From contig CAYLIB010000006.1 in NCBI GenBank assembly GCA_964384035.1, positions 13,336 through 77,335 of the forward strand: DNA of 64,000 nt, read 5' to 3'. The stretch comes from an uncultured Candidatus Saccharibacteria bacterium (GTDB taxonomy: Bacteria > Patescibacteriota > Doudnabacteria > UBA920). Both the position numbers and the translations under genes were made by a program. Positions 1 to 10,422 of this stretch are shown here, piece after piece; within the stretch, counting starts at the first letter, position 1, and each line of letters opens with the position of its first letter. The notes under the pieces were generated by a model. That model searched no databases. It saw only the letters and a list, made by a program, of their open reading frames with translations, and was not told the origin of the DNA.

Positions 1-1767
1 GAAGATGCGGACTTCGAGAAACATTTTGGTGTCTCTCCAACTCGAATCATCGCCGCGTTGTTAAGAAATGCTGGCGGTGGAAAACAGTCCGGTGCCAGCA
101 CGCTTACTCAACAACTCGTGACCGTGCTTAAAGTCGGAGGACTAAGCAAGGACGATAAAACTTACGGTCGTAAAATAACCGAAGCAGAAATCGCCCTAGC
201 TTGGGAAGGATACTACTCAAAGCAACAAATCTTCGAAGCTTATGGGAATAACATCTACATGGGCAACTGGGGAGGCCAGTGCATTGAAGGTTTGCGCCAA
301 GCTGCGTTCGTTTACTTCCGCAAAGACCTTAAGCAATTAAGCTGGGCGGAAGCTGCGCACTTGGCAGGAGCGATTAGTAGTCCCGGCAGGTTCTCTCCTC
401 GCGCTGTCAAAAGTGCAGAAGCAACCGAAGGCACCAAGCGTCGTAATTGGGTATTAGGAAGGCTTAAAGAACTCGGTTGGATTAGCGAAGGCGAGTATGT
501 GAAGGCGATGGGCGAAAAAACTGACAGAGAAACCTCTGGAAGTTTCGACGCCGACGCTGCTCCATACGTAGCTGGAGCAGTCGCGGCCAGGGCTAAAGAA
601 GAAAAACTCGACGCTCGGGAATTCCGTTTCGAAACCACTATCGACCCTGATATTCAGCGGTTGGTTGTGCAGGAAATTAAGAATCGCCCAGCGGGAACAG
701 ATGTTGCGGTTGTTGTTATGAGACCGCAAACCGGTGAAGTTCTGGCAGCAGCAGGTACGGGCTTTCAAAAAGTTCCCTACAACCTGCCCTTCACTATGCA
801 GCGTCAGCTGGGCTCGGCTTTCAAGCCGTTCGTCTACTCCGCTGCACTTCGCGAAGACAACAACGGTGACGGGATTCCGGACTGGACACCAGCCAGCCGG
901 TTTATGGACGAACCAAAAACCTTCGACCTAGGAAATGGGCAAACATACAGCCCGGGAAACTACGGTGACACTTACTCTGGTCAGCTTGTCTCGCTCCAAA
1001 CCGCGCTATCGAAGAGTAAAAACCCAGTAACGGTAGAGCTCTTCAATCAGCCGGGGGTCGCGAAAGGTACTTACAACATCACCAAAGATGTTTTTAAGTG
1101 GCCATCGCAAAACGGCAAGCCGACAATTGTTCTAAGTAACGCACTCGGAACAAACTTGTTTAGTGTCATTCAAGTAGCCAGGGGCTACTCTATGTTCCCA
1201 GCCGGTGGAAAGCTCCCCAACGCACAGCTAATTCGTGCGGCGGTGCATCTTACCAACGGCGAAAGGAAAGAGTTTCCCTACGCTGGGGTTCAAACCATCA
1301 ACCAAGATGAAGCTGAGCTTATGTGTCATCTCCTAGAAGGGCCACTCAAGCCCGGAGGAACTGGTGCAGTCTCAGCAGGTTTGTACGCTGGTTTGAAAGC
1401 TGGAAAGTCTGGCACCACGCAAGACAACAAGGATGCGTGGTTCATCGTTTTCTCTCCAAACCTTGTAGTTGTAGTTTGGCTCGGTAAGACAGATAACTCA
1501 CCAATGCCAAAACAAATTACAGGTGGTGGAGCAGCTTCTCCCATTGCGGTACGGATCCTCGCCGGAAGCGTAAAGCTCCGCACTCACCTAGGTGGTAATT
1601 CCTGGGGGAGTGGTAGAGGCCTCGTGGAGAGAAGCGCTTGCGGGGAAGATTTGTTTTTCCTCGAAGGAACAGAAAGCAAGGCGGGAGACTGTGAATCGCC
1701 GACAAATCCAGTAGAGGTCAAACTTCAAGAAGAAGAAAATAAGGTGCCCCTAAGGCCCCGCGAGTAG
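1..1767 (+). CDS. class A penicillin-binding protein (GT51 glycosyltransferase + transpeptidase), 5'-truncated at window edge
   Basis: Reading frame is open from nt 1 (ORF track start at 58 is a TTG). GT51-like N-part, then transpeptidase motifs SAFKP (SxxK), SKN (SxN), KSGT (KTG). Gly/Ser-rich C-tail. Confidence 0.88.
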   Translation, partial: EDADFEKHFGVSPTRIIAALLRNAGGGKQSGASTLTQQLVTVLKVGGLSKDDKTYGRKITEAEIALAWEGYYSKQQIFEAYGNNIYMGNWGGQCIEGLRQAAFVYFRKDLKQLSWAEAAHLAGAISSPGRFSPRAVKSAEATEGTKRRNWVLGRLKELGWISEGEYVKAMGEKTDRETSGSFDADAAPYVAGAVAARAKEEKLDAREFRFETTIDPDIQRLVVQEIKNRPAGTDVAVVVMRPQTGEVLAAAGTGFQKVPYNLPFTMQRQLGSAFKPFVYSAALREDNNGDGIPDWTPASRFMDEPKTFDLGNGQTYSPGNYGDTYSGQLVSLQTALSKSKNPVTVELFNQPGVAKGTYNITKDVFKWPSQNGKPTIVLSNALGTNLFSVIQVARGYSMFPAGGKLPNAQLIRAAVHLTNGERKEFPYAGVQTINQDEAELMCHLLEGPLKPGGTGAVSAGLYAGLKAGKSGTTQDNKDAWFIVFSPNLVVVVWLGKTDNSPMPKQITGGGAASPIAVRILAGSVKLRTHLGGNSWGSGRGLVERSACGEDLFFLEGTESKAGDCESPTNPVEVKLQEEENKVPLRPRE

Positions 1768-1790
1768 GTTTAAAACCTACTCTTTTTATT
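1764..1790 (+). terminator. intrinsic terminator after PBP gene
   Basis: Hairpin gtaggtt-taaa-aacctac followed by tctttttatt. Confidence 0.6.
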
Positions 1791-1862
1791 TCCCTTGTTT
1801 TTATATGGGTTTTATGGTACTATGTTACCTTATCGATTTATACAACAATTTCGGAGGTCTAC

Positions 1863-2519
1863 ATGTCAAGAAGTAAAACTGCCAAGGAGTTAACAGAACA
1901 AGCGCGATTACACCAAAAGTTGGGAGAGTATCTTGCCACGAAAGCCCTAGAAAGGGGTGAAGAGGAAAAAGACGAAGCCTACAGGAAAGGAAGAAATAGA
2001 ACAATTCTCCTTTTTGTCTGTGTGATGTTGTTTGGTGGGTTTATAGTTCGTGGTATGAGCGACTCACCAGCAGTCCCCGAAAGTAAGCAAACCCTATCGG
2101 ACGAAGTCGCCTTTACAAGTAACCAAGGTTCAAACAATATAAAAGCTAGTTTTCAAGGGGTAGAGAAGCTACCCGAAAATAAGCAGACAAATCCCTTTCA
2201 GAAGAGTTTCAAGTACAATGTTCGCCTAGACGAAGCGAATAAATTCTTTTCCATCACAATAACAAGCACTTGGCCAGAAACCGTTCAGCAGGTTCAGTTT
2301 TGGGTTTACCAAAAAAAACCTGTAGTAATTGAGATGCCTTTAAGAGTAAAAGAGTATGGTAATGAATTCGATTACGAGTTCAGATCAAGAGACATTAACT
2401 ATACCGTTGGAGGTAAGATTCTGCTTGGTCTGAAACACCTTTCAGGAGAGATTGAGTACATAGAGTTACCCACCTCAGTCTCGAGTAACGGGGAGCTTAA
2501 AGCTCATCTCCTAAGGTGA
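1863..2519 (+). CDS. hypothetical membrane-anchored protein
   Basis: GGAGG RBS 7 nt upstream of ATG. One N-proximal hydrophobic helix (ILLFVCVMLFGGFIV). No recognisable motifs. Confidence 0.6.
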   Translation: MSRSKTAKELTEQARLHQKLGEYLATKALERGEEEKDEAYRKGRNRTILLFVCVMLFGGFIVRGMSDSPAVPESKQTLSDEVAFTSNQGSNNIKASFQGVEKLPENKQTNPFQKSFKYNVRLDEANKFFSITITSTWPETVQQVQFWVYQKKPVVIEMPLRVKEYGNEFDYEFRSRDINYTVGGKILLGLKHLSGEIEYIELPTSVSSNGELKAHLLR

Positions 2520-2524
2520 ATAAT

Positions 2525-2556
2525 AGCGCAATTAAACTGCGCTTTTTTATTTTTGA
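2525..2556 (+). terminator. intrinsic terminator
   Basis: agcgca-attaaac-tgcgct hairpin then ttttttattttt. Confidence 0.6.
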
Positions 2557-2621
2557 CATCACCCAGACTTCTATATACAATTGCCTATTAATTCAAACAG
2601 GACATATATGTGGAGGGAAGT

Positions 2622-3539
2622 ATGAACTTTATTTTCAAGGGCTTGGCATTCATAGTTATTGCTCTCGGGGCATTCTGGTGTATAGGACACCAAAAAGAAA
2701 TTCTTTCTTATGTTGAGAAAGCGAGTGCGGGTGTAACAAAGCCCAACCTCGAACAGGTTGTCGAAATACGCAAGGAAGAAAAATACGAAATCGTTTTAGC
2801 AGCCGATACGATTCCAATTACTACAGTCCTTAAAGAGTTCTTCAAACGGAATATTGAAGATGTAAAAGAAGGTGTGAGTAAAACCATAAACCCTATTCGC
2901 ATCATCAAAGAAAAAATGGGAATCGAGCAGGAGAAGCAAATTTATACCGCTCCAGAAATTGGAAAGTTTCGAGTCACAAAGCAGCAGTATACTTCGCTTT
3001 CCGAGGAAGACTCAGTTGACTGGGGTCTAACCACGCAGTCGACATCTAGCTTTCCTTACTACAAACCAGCTTGGTGCGGGATCTGGGTAAAAGAAAAATT
3101 AAAACCCGAAATTATTTACTCCTGGATAAATAAAGAGGGGAAAGCTACCGAGATAGATAAATCGGTTTATGAACTTCTGGAGGAAGATGTAAATAAGACC
3201 CTTTCTCCTGGTGAGCCCTCTCTTGTTAGAAACTTCAAGACAGAACCCATAGAAAAACCCGAACCAGTAAACAAACTGGAACCACTCTATATTCAGGTTT
3301 ACTTCTATGACCCGTCAGAGCTTACCGGTTATTCTTTTCTGGGTTACAGTATTGAAAGTGCAGAAAGTCAGAAAGACAGAAAAGCCTACAAGCTTAGGCT
3401 TAACTCGGTGTTCACAGACAATACTGTATCAATAGGAAAAGGAAAGTCAGGCAAGCGTTTCGAAAAGGGTGATCTCCTTTTCGCTGGGGAAGAAGGTTTC
3501 TGGGCAAGGCTTGCAAGTGATACATCTGTAGTCAAATAA
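2622..3539 (+). CDS. hypothetical protein with N-terminal TM anchor
   Basis: GGAGGG RBS precedes the internal ATG at 2622 (ORF track start 2610). N-terminal hydrophobic segment FIFKGLAFIVIALGAFWCIG. Confidence 0.6.
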   Translation: MNFIFKGLAFIVIALGAFWCIGHQKEILSYVEKASAGVTKPNLEQVVEIRKEEKYEIVLAADTIPITTVLKEFFKRNIEDVKEGVSKTINPIRIIKEKMGIEQEKQIYTAPEIGKFRVTKQQYTSLSEEDSVDWGLTTQSTSSFPYYKPAWCGIWVKEKLKPEIIYSWINKEGKATEIDKSVYELLEEDVNKTLSPGEPSLVRNFKTEPIEKPEPVNKLEPLYIQVYFYDPSELTGYSFLGYSIESAESQKDRKAYKLRLNSVFTDNTVSIGKGKSGKRFEKGDLLFAGEEGFWARLASDTSVVK

Positions 3540-3544
3540 GTTAC

Positions 3545-3570
3545 ATCACCAACTGGTGATTTTTTTATTT
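3545..3570 (+). terminator. intrinsic terminator
   Basis: atcacc-aact-ggtgat hairpin followed by ttttttattt. Confidence 0.6.
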
Positions 3571-3598
3571 AAAAACCTCTCGTAAAGAGAGGTTTTTA
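3571..3598. terminator. bidirectional terminator hairpin (serves rpsT on minus strand)
   Basis: aaaaacctctc-gtaa-gagaggttttt. Perfect stem flanked by A5/T5. Confidence 0.6.
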
Positions 3599-3600
3599 AA

Positions 3601-3864
3601 TTATTTCATTCTGGCGATAGCTTTTGCTAGTCTGCTTTTTTTGCGATCAGCGGTATTCTTATGAATAACACCTTTCTTAGCTGCCTTGTCTAGAGCAGAG
3701 AAAGCCTTTTTAAGATCTTCTGTTATAGTGGCAGGATTCTTGGCATCAATATTTTTGCGTACTGTCTTAACCGCGACCTTTAGTTTATTTTTGGTCTTAA
3801 GGTTAGTGACTCTGCGTCTCTCAGACTGGCGCATAGCCTTCTTGGCTGTTTTAGTATTTGGCAT
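3601..3864 (-). CDS. rpsT: 30S ribosomal protein S20
   Basis: 87 aa, basic. N-terminus MPNTKTAKKAMRQSERRRVTNL matches the S20 consensus (ANxKSAxKRxxQSEKRRxxN). Confidence 0.9.
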   Translation of the reverse strand: MPNTKTAKKAMRQSERRRVTNLKTKNKLKVAVKTVRKNIDAKNPATITEDLKKAFSALDKAAKKGVIHKNTADRKKSRLAKAIARMK

Positions 3865-3955
3865 TTATGTGCTTAAACTTATAAAATTTAGTAATAAAGA
3901 ACTTTTGACTGCGACGGATAAACTATAAATTAAAACCTAAAAAATATCAAGAGTC

Positions 3956-5440
3956 ATGAAATATAAAAAAGTTGTTCTGGTTATATTAGACGGTTTCGGA
4001 TATAGCGAAGAAATTCAAGGCAATGCTATCGCCCAAGCAAAAACCCCATTTTTAGATTACTTAAAAAAGAATTATTCTTGGGGTCTCTTAGGGGCAAGTG
4101 GGGAAGCGGTAGGTCTTCCGGAGGGGCAAATTGGGTCTAGTGAGGTCGGGCACATGACTATTGGTGCAGGTAAGGTTTTGTATCAAGATCTAGTCAGAAT
4201 AACTAAAGCAATAGAAAATAATGAACTCGAAGAAAATGAGGCGGTAAAGAAAATAGCGAAACATGTTTTAAAAAATAACTCCATTTTGCATCTTGCGGGT
4301 ATGGTTAGTCCTGGGGGAGTGCATTCCCATCAGGAACACCTACACGCTTTAGTTACCGCATTTAAGAAAATAGGTGTTACTAAAATTGCTATTCACGCCT
4401 TCACCGATGGACGAGACTTGCCTCCTCAAAGTGGACACGAGTATTTAGAAGAGTTAGAAAACTTTTTAGAAAAAGAAGGCGTAGGGGCAATAGCTAGTGT
4501 ACAAGGCCGATATTATGCCATGGATCGCGATAACAACTGGGAACGAATACAAAAAGTCGAGGACGCAATTTTCCACTGTAAAGGCAACGTCTGCGAATTT
4601 AAGAAACCCTCTCAGTTATCAAGGGAACTTTACGCACAGGGACTCAGCGACGAGCACTTTGAACCACATATTATTAAAGATGCAGAAGGAAAGACAATCG
4701 GTATAGAACAAAACGATGCTATATTCTTTTTTAATTTCCGACCCGATAGAATGAGGCAAATTGTCAGTCGCGTTCTAAATCGAAAACAGGAATACAACTT
4801 AGAAATTGCAAATCTTACAGAATACGATGAAAAGTTTAAAGAGGTTCTAATTGCATTTCCTCCAGAAAAATTAAATGATACACTTTCTACAAAAATTTCT
4901 CATGCAGGCCTAACCCAAGTTCACATCGCCGAAACCGAAAAATACGCCCACGCCACATATTTTTTAAATGGAGGCAACGAAACCAAATCACCCGGCGAAG
5001 AATGGGTTTTAGTAGAAAGCAGAAAAGATATTGCCACTCACGACCAAGCTCCAGAAATGAAAGCTAAAGAAATTACAGATAAGGCAATTGAATACATAAA
5101 AAAAGGTACTAACTTTTTATTTATTAACTACGCCAATGCAGACATGGTTGGTCACACAGGAAATTTCGAAGCAACAGTTAAAGCCATCGAGGTTCTAGAC
5201 AAAGAACTCAAAAGGCTCTATGACGTTGTGGGGGAGAGTGGGGGAGTATTGGTAATAACAGCCGATCACGGCAACGCAGAAAAAGTAATCCACGAAGGCG
5301 GGAAACACACCGCTCACACAAGTAACCCAGTTCCTATTTTCATAACTTTAAAAAATTATCCAATAAAAAAAGGCGGACTTTCAAATGTCGCACCAATGGT
5401 TTACGAACTGCTCGGTATGCCTGAAACTATTCAGTCGTGA
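3956..5440 (+). CDS. gpmI: 2,3-bisphosphoglycerate-independent phosphoglycerate mutase
   Basis: 494 aa. iPGM metalloenzyme motifs (VVLVILDGFG, SEVGHMTIGAG, DGRD, ADHGNAE). Confidence 0.93.
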   Translation: MKYKKVVLVILDGFGYSEEIQGNAIAQAKTPFLDYLKKNYSWGLLGASGEAVGLPEGQIGSSEVGHMTIGAGKVLYQDLVRITKAIENNELEENEAVKKIAKHVLKNNSILHLAGMVSPGGVHSHQEHLHALVTAFKKIGVTKIAIHAFTDGRDLPPQSGHEYLEELENFLEKEGVGAIASVQGRYYAMDRDNNWERIQKVEDAIFHCKGNVCEFKKPSQLSRELYAQGLSDEHFEPHIIKDAEGKTIGIEQNDAIFFFNFRPDRMRQIVSRVLNRKQEYNLEIANLTEYDEKFKEVLIAFPPEKLNDTLSTKISHAGLTQVHIAETEKYAHATYFLNGGNETKSPGEEWVLVESRKDIATHDQAPEMKAKEITDKAIEYIKKGTNFLFINYANADMVGHTGNFEATVKAIEVLDKELKRLYDVVGESGGVLVITADHGNAEKVIHEGGKHTAHTSNPVPIFITLKNYPIKKGGLSNVAPMVYELLGMPETIQS

Positions 5441-5780
5441 TCCTTGTAAATTTCAAGTTCGACCCAACCGCATAACTACTAGAGTCATAACCGTAGTAGT
5501 AATCCAGCCTCACTTTTACGGGTTTTTGTTGGGAGATATCTTTTTCTATTTCCTTAAACATTTCAGCTTGCGGATGCTGTGGAGAGAAAAATATTGCTTT
5601 CTGCGCATCTCCAACTATTACTTTTATAATGCCCTTTGAACTTTGAACATCGCTTACCACTACTTCGGTACGGTCAAATTTTTTGGACATATTTACAAGC
5701 ATCTCAGCGCTTTGGCTATTGGCATATGAACCCAATAAACACCAAACCGCCAAAAGAATTATGCAGATATTTTCCTTCAT
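5427..5780 (-). CDS. hypothetical secreted protein
   Basis: N-terminal signal peptide (MKENICIILLAVWCLLGSYANS). Overlaps the next gene by 4 nt. Confidence 0.55.
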   Translation of the reverse strand: MKENICIILLAVWCLLGSYANSQSAEMLVNMSKKFDRTEVVVSDVQSSKGIIKVIVGDAQKAIFFSPQHPQAEMFKEIEKDISQQKPVKVRLDYYYGYDSSSYAVGSNLKFTRITTE

Positions 5781-6196
5781 ATCAAATCCCTTACTAGGTT
5801 ATTTCCTTTAAAGAGTCTTATCCTGTTAACAGGTTTAACTCTTTTGCTCATTTTCGTTCCTGGGAACCAGTTTAATCTACTCTCCTGAATCACCCCCAGA
5901 GAAGCATCAGTCAAAGAAAGAGGTTTCGGTAAGTTTATAACCGCTTCCTGTAACTCAACTCCCCACACTTCGAAATCATTAGCTGAGGTTCTGGGTATTA
6001 CTAACTCAGCATATTTCACAGCCTCTTCAACGGTATCAAAGTAAGTAATTCCGTAACCATACCGTTCTAGGAAAGGAGCCCCACTCGACCACTCTCCGGA
6101 AACAAATGTCACGGAAGCATCACCATAAGCAACGGGTGATGTTAAAAAAGTCTTGTCATCGTAATCGACAAGCTTCATGAACAATTTAAATCCCAT
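5777..6196 (-). CDS. hypothetical protein
   Basis: 139-aa ORF translationally coupled (ATGA) to the downstream gene. No motifs recognised. Confidence 0.5.
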   Translation of the reverse strand: MGFKLFMKLVDYDDKTFLTSPVAYGDASVTFVSGEWSSGAPFLERYGYGITYFDTVEEAVKYAELVIPRTSANDFEVWGVELQEAVINLPKPLSLTDASLGVIQESRLNWFPGTKMSKRVKPVNRIRLFKGNNLVRDLI

Positions 6197-6293
6197 ATTC
6201 CTCCTTGCATTCTTGAAAAAACAAAACCAGCCATATCCTACACCATTTCCAATAAAAAAAACAGAGCCTTAAAAAAATAAAAAAAGAGCAAAC

Positions 6294-6794
6294 TCAACGT
6301 TTGCTCATCACCTGAGCAGGCTTACCAAATTTTTCCAAGAAGTCTTCAGCAACTTTTTCAGCCAGAATTTTGAATCTTGCCTCACCAAATTCATACTCGC
6401 TTTTGTATTGCCGCGAGAACTCCTGGCGTGGTTTTTGTAGACCGCAGTATGTTTTAATTTTCAAATACCCAAAGTATCTCCACCCTTTTGGGTATGTTTT
6501 GCAGTCAGAGTTTTCACAGCGCTTCTCATAAAAAATTTCGACTTCATCAATTTTAGGGATGGTTTTGTTTTCACTGCTCCACCCGCTTTGATGAATTTTA
6601 TTAAGGAAAGCTTCCTTTACCGCTACTTGGTGTTTCTTTCCACCGGAATTTCCGGTAACTTCAGCCGCCCAAGTGTAAGTGTAATCTATAGCGTTCGCTT
6701 CCGGGAGGAAGCGGACGGAACAGAAAAGCGCAAACACTACCGCAGTGCAAAATATTCTTCGCATATCTTCTCGTCCTCCTAATATGTTAGCCAA
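6294..6794 (-). CDS. hypothetical secreted Cys-containing protein
   Basis: Signal-peptide-like N-terminus (RRIFCTAVVFALFCSVRFLPEANA). Confidence 0.5.
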   Translation of the reverse strand: MANILGGREDMRRIFCTAVVFALFCSVRFLPEANAIDYTYTWAAEVTGNSGGKKHQVAVKEAFLNKIHQSGWSSENKTIPKIDEVEIFYEKRCENSDCKTYPKGWRYFGYLKIKTYCGLQKPRQEFSRQYKSEYEFGEARFKILAEKVAEDFLEKFGKPAQVMSKR

Positions 6795-6930
6795 ATGGCA
6801 GAAAAATCAGATTAAAACTAGTCATTATACTTATTTTTAGTACGCTAGTCAATAACAATAAATATTCATTTTAGTAGATTTATTCCTATTTAAAAAAATC
6901 CCCAAATAAAATTTGGGTTAAAAGAGTGGG

Positions 6931-7608
6931 CTATGGTCTCCACCAGCCATCGAGGATCATTCCACACACCTGCAAGAAAGAAGCGTCCTCAGCGCGGATA
7001 AATCCGTCTTGAATTTTCACTTCCTTGCGATGGAGGAACGAACTTACTCGCTGAGCGATTTCACCAGGTGATAGTTTACTTCCTTCGTCATCTCTCGGCA
7101 TGAATACCGGTAAACTTCGAATGGCGAAGTTATTCAATCCTACCACCTTACGATGAATCACAAACGGCTCAATCCGATGCTCAGCCAGCTCATTTTCATC
7201 GTTCAGCGCTGCCCATACCTGACGTGCCGGGTAACGCATTCCAACCCTTACGACAAGTGTTCCTTTGTCGCTCCTATAGAAACAGAGCACGGCATGCTCT
7301 CCCTCATAAGGCATGGACTGGATAATGAAAGACACTTCGTACATCCGAGAATGGTTCAGGTACTTATCAATATCTCCGTCGAGTCCATAAACTTTGGGGT
7401 CAGCGGAAAAACCAGCCCCGCGGAGTGTATCAGACACTCTGCCCTCATCTAGTAGTTCGGCAAAGGCCAAAACCCTTTCGAGTCTACGTATCCAATTCTC
7501 AAGGTTTTCCCGGTCGGCTTTGGTCGCTTCGTTAAAAGGGAGAGCTGCTAGCTTTCTGCTGGCCTCTTCCAAATCAGCCAAGATATCTGCCTTCAAAAAC
7601 AAACTCAT
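6931..7608 (-). CDS. hypothetical protein
   Basis: 225-aa ORF with normal codon usage. No motifs recognised. Confidence 0.5.
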   Translation of the reverse strand: MSLFLKADILADLEEASRKLAALPFNEATKADRENLENWIRRLERVLAFAELLDEGRVSDTLRGAGFSADPKVYGLDGDIDKYLNHSRMYEVSFIIQSMPYEGEHAVLCFYRSDKGTLVVRVGMRYPARQVWAALNDENELAEHRIEPFVIHRKVVGLNNFAIRSLPVFMPRDDEGSKLSPGEIAQRVSSFLHRKEVKIQDGFIRAEDASFLQVCGMILDGWWRP

Positions 7609-7711
7609 AATCTACCTCCGTAAATTCAAAATGGATTATTAGCGTAAGTATATATTTAAGCATAAATTATTTATTCTGTCAATATTAAAAATATTTATAC
7701 TCGTTGCTATA

Positions 7712-7740
7712 TTGACTAAAAGTAAAAAATATTGTATTAT
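7712..7740 (+). promoter_or_regulatory. sigma70-like promoter (TTGACT-17-TATTAT)
   Basis: TTGACT at 7712-7717, 17-nt spacer, TATTAT at 7735-7740, about 40 nt upstream of ORF 7782. Confidence 0.4.
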
Positions 7741-7781
7741 TAAATTTACTTTTTTCAAAAAAATCGAAAAAGGAGAATTTA

Positions 7782-8180
7782 ATGCAACTCATTTCAAACA
7801 TCCACAAGGTTTTCTTACTTCACAATGGTAAGAAAGTTTCATTGAACTGCAAGAATCTGGTCGTAGATGTAGATAGAGGACTAAATTGTGAGGGAAAAAA
7901 AATCTGCCTCCGCGGCTTTGGTGAAGACTCCGCCTGGGACATTTTTTTTCTTGGACTTGAGACCGAGGACGCAACATTCGAGATAACAGAGGGGTTCCCA
8001 TACTGTCATCTGAATTTGGCGGACGGAACAGTCATTGAGTTCACCCGGTCAAATAGTAATTTACCCGTAGACGTTACAACTCACAAGGACTACGACTCTT
8101 TATGGGCAACACTACTCAGTAATTCTATGAAGTATTCGTTGTCCCCGGCGATACTTGTCGCCGTCCCAAGAGTTATTTAG
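7782..8180 (+). CDS. hypothetical protein
   Basis: 132 aa. RBS AAGGAG upstream. Followed by a bidirectional terminator. Confidence 0.5.
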   Translation: MQLISNIHKVFLLHNGKKVSLNCKNLVVDVDRGLNCEGKKICLRGFGEDSAWDIFFLGLETEDATFEITEGFPYCHLNLADGTVIEFTRSNSNLPVDVTTHKDYDSLWATLLSNSMKYSLSPAILVAVPRVI

Positions 8181-8187
8181 CAACATA

Positions 8188-8220
8188 TAAAAAAGCAGAG
8201 TCAGGCTCTGCTATTTTTTA
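8188..8220. terminator. bidirectional terminator shared by ORF 7782 and uvrB
   Basis: aaaaagcagag-tcagg-ctctgctatttttt. Confidence 0.65.
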
Positions 8221-8245
8221 TCCCTCACTAAATACAGTGTGAGAT

Positions 8246-10321
8246 CTACTTCCCCATCTTTCTCAGTTTTTTTATTTCACCCAGTTTATCTCTTAGCTTT
8301 GCCGCAAGTTCAAATTCCAAATTCTTCGCCGCCATTTCCATTTGGTCCTTAAGTTCTTCTGTATAAAATTTAAACTCTTTCTCATCCATCCTAGAAACGT
8401 CTATCGGCTTATCTGGGTCTACTGATTTGTCGTATTCCACCTTAGACCCAGCGAGTCTGTTTTCTTGAATTTTCTTTATGATAGTCTTCGGAGTAATTCC
8501 ATGCTTCTTGTTGTATGCTATCTGAATATTCCTTCTCCTTTCGGTCTCCTTGATGGCCGCGTCCATGCTACGTGTCATTCTATCTGCGTACATTATTACG
8601 TGGCCGTTTATATGCCTAGCAGCCCTTCCTATAATTTGCATAAATGCTGTTTCACTTCTAAGAAAACCTTCTTTGTCCGCATCCAGAATTGCCACTAAAG
8701 AAACTTCTGGTAAGTCCAACCCTTCTCTAAGCAAGTTAATTCCCACAACTACATCAAACACTCCAAGTCTTAAATCTCTTAGTATCTCCAGTCTATCGAA
8801 GGTTTCAACTTCCGAGTGTAAATACTGAACTTTTATGTTGGACTCCTTCAGATACTCAGTTAGTTCCTCAGACATTTTCTTAGTCAGGGTCGTAACTAAA
8901 ACCCTTTCATTCTTAGAGACCCGCTCTTTAATCTGTTCAAGAAGATCGTCAACCTGATGCTCGATGGGCTTTATCTCAATTGTTGGGTCCACTAACCCAG
9001 TCGGTCTTATAATTTGTTCCACAACAGTAGAGGTAGGTACTGTTTTCTGTTTTTTTTCTTTATGCTTTATTCTAAATTCTCTATTCTTCACAACCTCATT
9101 CTCTTCAATTGATTTTCTAATCTCATAAGCTGCTGGTGTAGCCGATACATACACCACTTGAGTTACCTTATTTTCAAACTCAGCAAAAGTTAGTGGTCTA
9201 TTATCTAATGCCGAAGGGAGTCTAAAACCATAATCTACCAGTGTAGTTTTCCTCGCACGATCACCATTGTACATGCCGTTTATTTGTGGGATTGTTTGGT
9301 GGGATTCATCCACAAACAAAATAAAATCATCCGGGAAATAATCAATAAGGGTCGATGGGGGATCACCTGCATTTCTGCCATCAATATGTCTAGAGTAGTT
9401 TTCTATACCCGCGACAAAACCAGTGTTAGATAGCATTTCTATATCGAAATTTGTTCTTTGTTCCAACCTAGCAGCTTCTAAAACTTTTCCCTGCTTTTTT
9501 AGCTCTTTAAGCCTGTCTCTTAATTCTGCTCTTATTTTTTCAATCGCTTCATGTACTTTCTCTTCCGAAGCCACAAAATGCTTGGCAGGGAAAACAGTTA
9601 TTTTATTCATCTCATCCAATATATCTCCCGTGAGCATGTCTCGTCTTTCAATTTTCTCTATTTCATCTCCAAAAAAACTCACTCTTACAACCGTATCTTC
9701 AGAAGACAAGTTAATTTCTAAGGTATCTCCTTGAATTCTGAATGTACCGCGCTTTAATTCATAGTCATTTCTACCAAACTGTAAGTCAGTCAATCTTCTA
9801 AGGAGTTTATCTCTCTTAAAACTCTTCCCAACTTCTAAATCAAAAGAAAGATTTTCGTAATCGCCCGGGTTACCCAAACCATAAATACACGATACAGACG
9901 CGACTATTAGGACATCTCGTCTTGAAAGTAAGCTCTGCGTTGCAGCATTTCTAAGTCGGTCTATCTCTTCGTTAATTTGAGTTTCCTTTTCTATAAAGGT
10001 ATCTGAACGGGGGATATAGGCTTCAGGTTGATAGTAGTCGTAATAAGAAACAAAATAATGAACAGCATTATCAGGAAAAAATTCTTGAAACTCACTCGCA
10101 AGTTGCGCCGCTAAAGTTTTGTTATGACAAATAACCAAAGTTGGTCTTTGTATCTCGTTGACTACTGCAGACATTGTGAAAGTCTTTCCACTCCCAGTAA
10201 CACCAAGAAGAGTCTGGTGTTTATTGCCAGACTCAATAGACTTCGCTAGTCCTTCTATCGCCTTAGGTTGGTCACCGGCAGGTGGCCATGGGTTTTTAAG
10301 TACAAACTTAGATTCCTTCAT
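8246..10321 (-). CDS. uvrB: excinuclease ABC subunit B
   Basis: 691 aa. Walker [11 protein letters not shown], helicase motifs, C-terminal UVR domain ([18 protein letters not shown]). Confidence 0.97.
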   Translation of the reverse strand: MKESKFVLKNPWPPAGDQPKAIEGLAKSIESGNKHQTLLGVTGSGKTFTMSAVVNEIQRPTLVICHNKTLAAQLASEFQEFFPDNAVHYFVSYYDYYQPEAYIPRSDTFIEKETQINEEIDRLRNAATQSLLSRRDVLIVASVSCIYGLGNPGDYENLSFDLEVGKSFKRDKLLRRLTDLQFGRNDYELKRGTFRIQGDTLEINLSSEDTVVRVSFFGDEIEKIERRDMLTGDILDEMNKITVFPAKHFVASEEKVHEAIEKIRAELRDRLKELKKQGKVLEAARLEQRTNFDIEMLSNTGFVAGIENYSRHIDGRNAGDPPSTLIDYFPDDFILFVDESHQTIPQINGMYNGDRARKTTLVDYGFRLPSALDNRPLTFAEFENKVTQVVYVSATPAAYEIRKSIEENEVVKNREFRIKHKEKKQKTVPTSTVVEQIIRPTGLVDPTIEIKPIEHQVDDLLEQIKERVSKNERVLVTTLTKKMSEELTEYLKESNIKVQYLHSEVETFDRLEILRDLRLGVFDVVVGINLLREGLDLPEVSLVAILDADKEGFLRSETAFMQIIGRAARHINGHVIMYADRMTRSMDAAIKETERRRNIQIAYNKKHGITPKTIIKKIQENRLAGSKVEYDKSVDPDKPIDVSRMDEKEFKFYTEELKDQMEMAAKNLEFELAAKLRDKLGEIKKLRKMGK

Positions 10322-10422
10322 ATATCTACCATTATAGACGAAATAGTTACGGAGTAGTAGACAATATGGATATATTTCTTTAATATGTTCTTTTGAAAAA
10401 ACAATGAATTACGGAGGAAAAA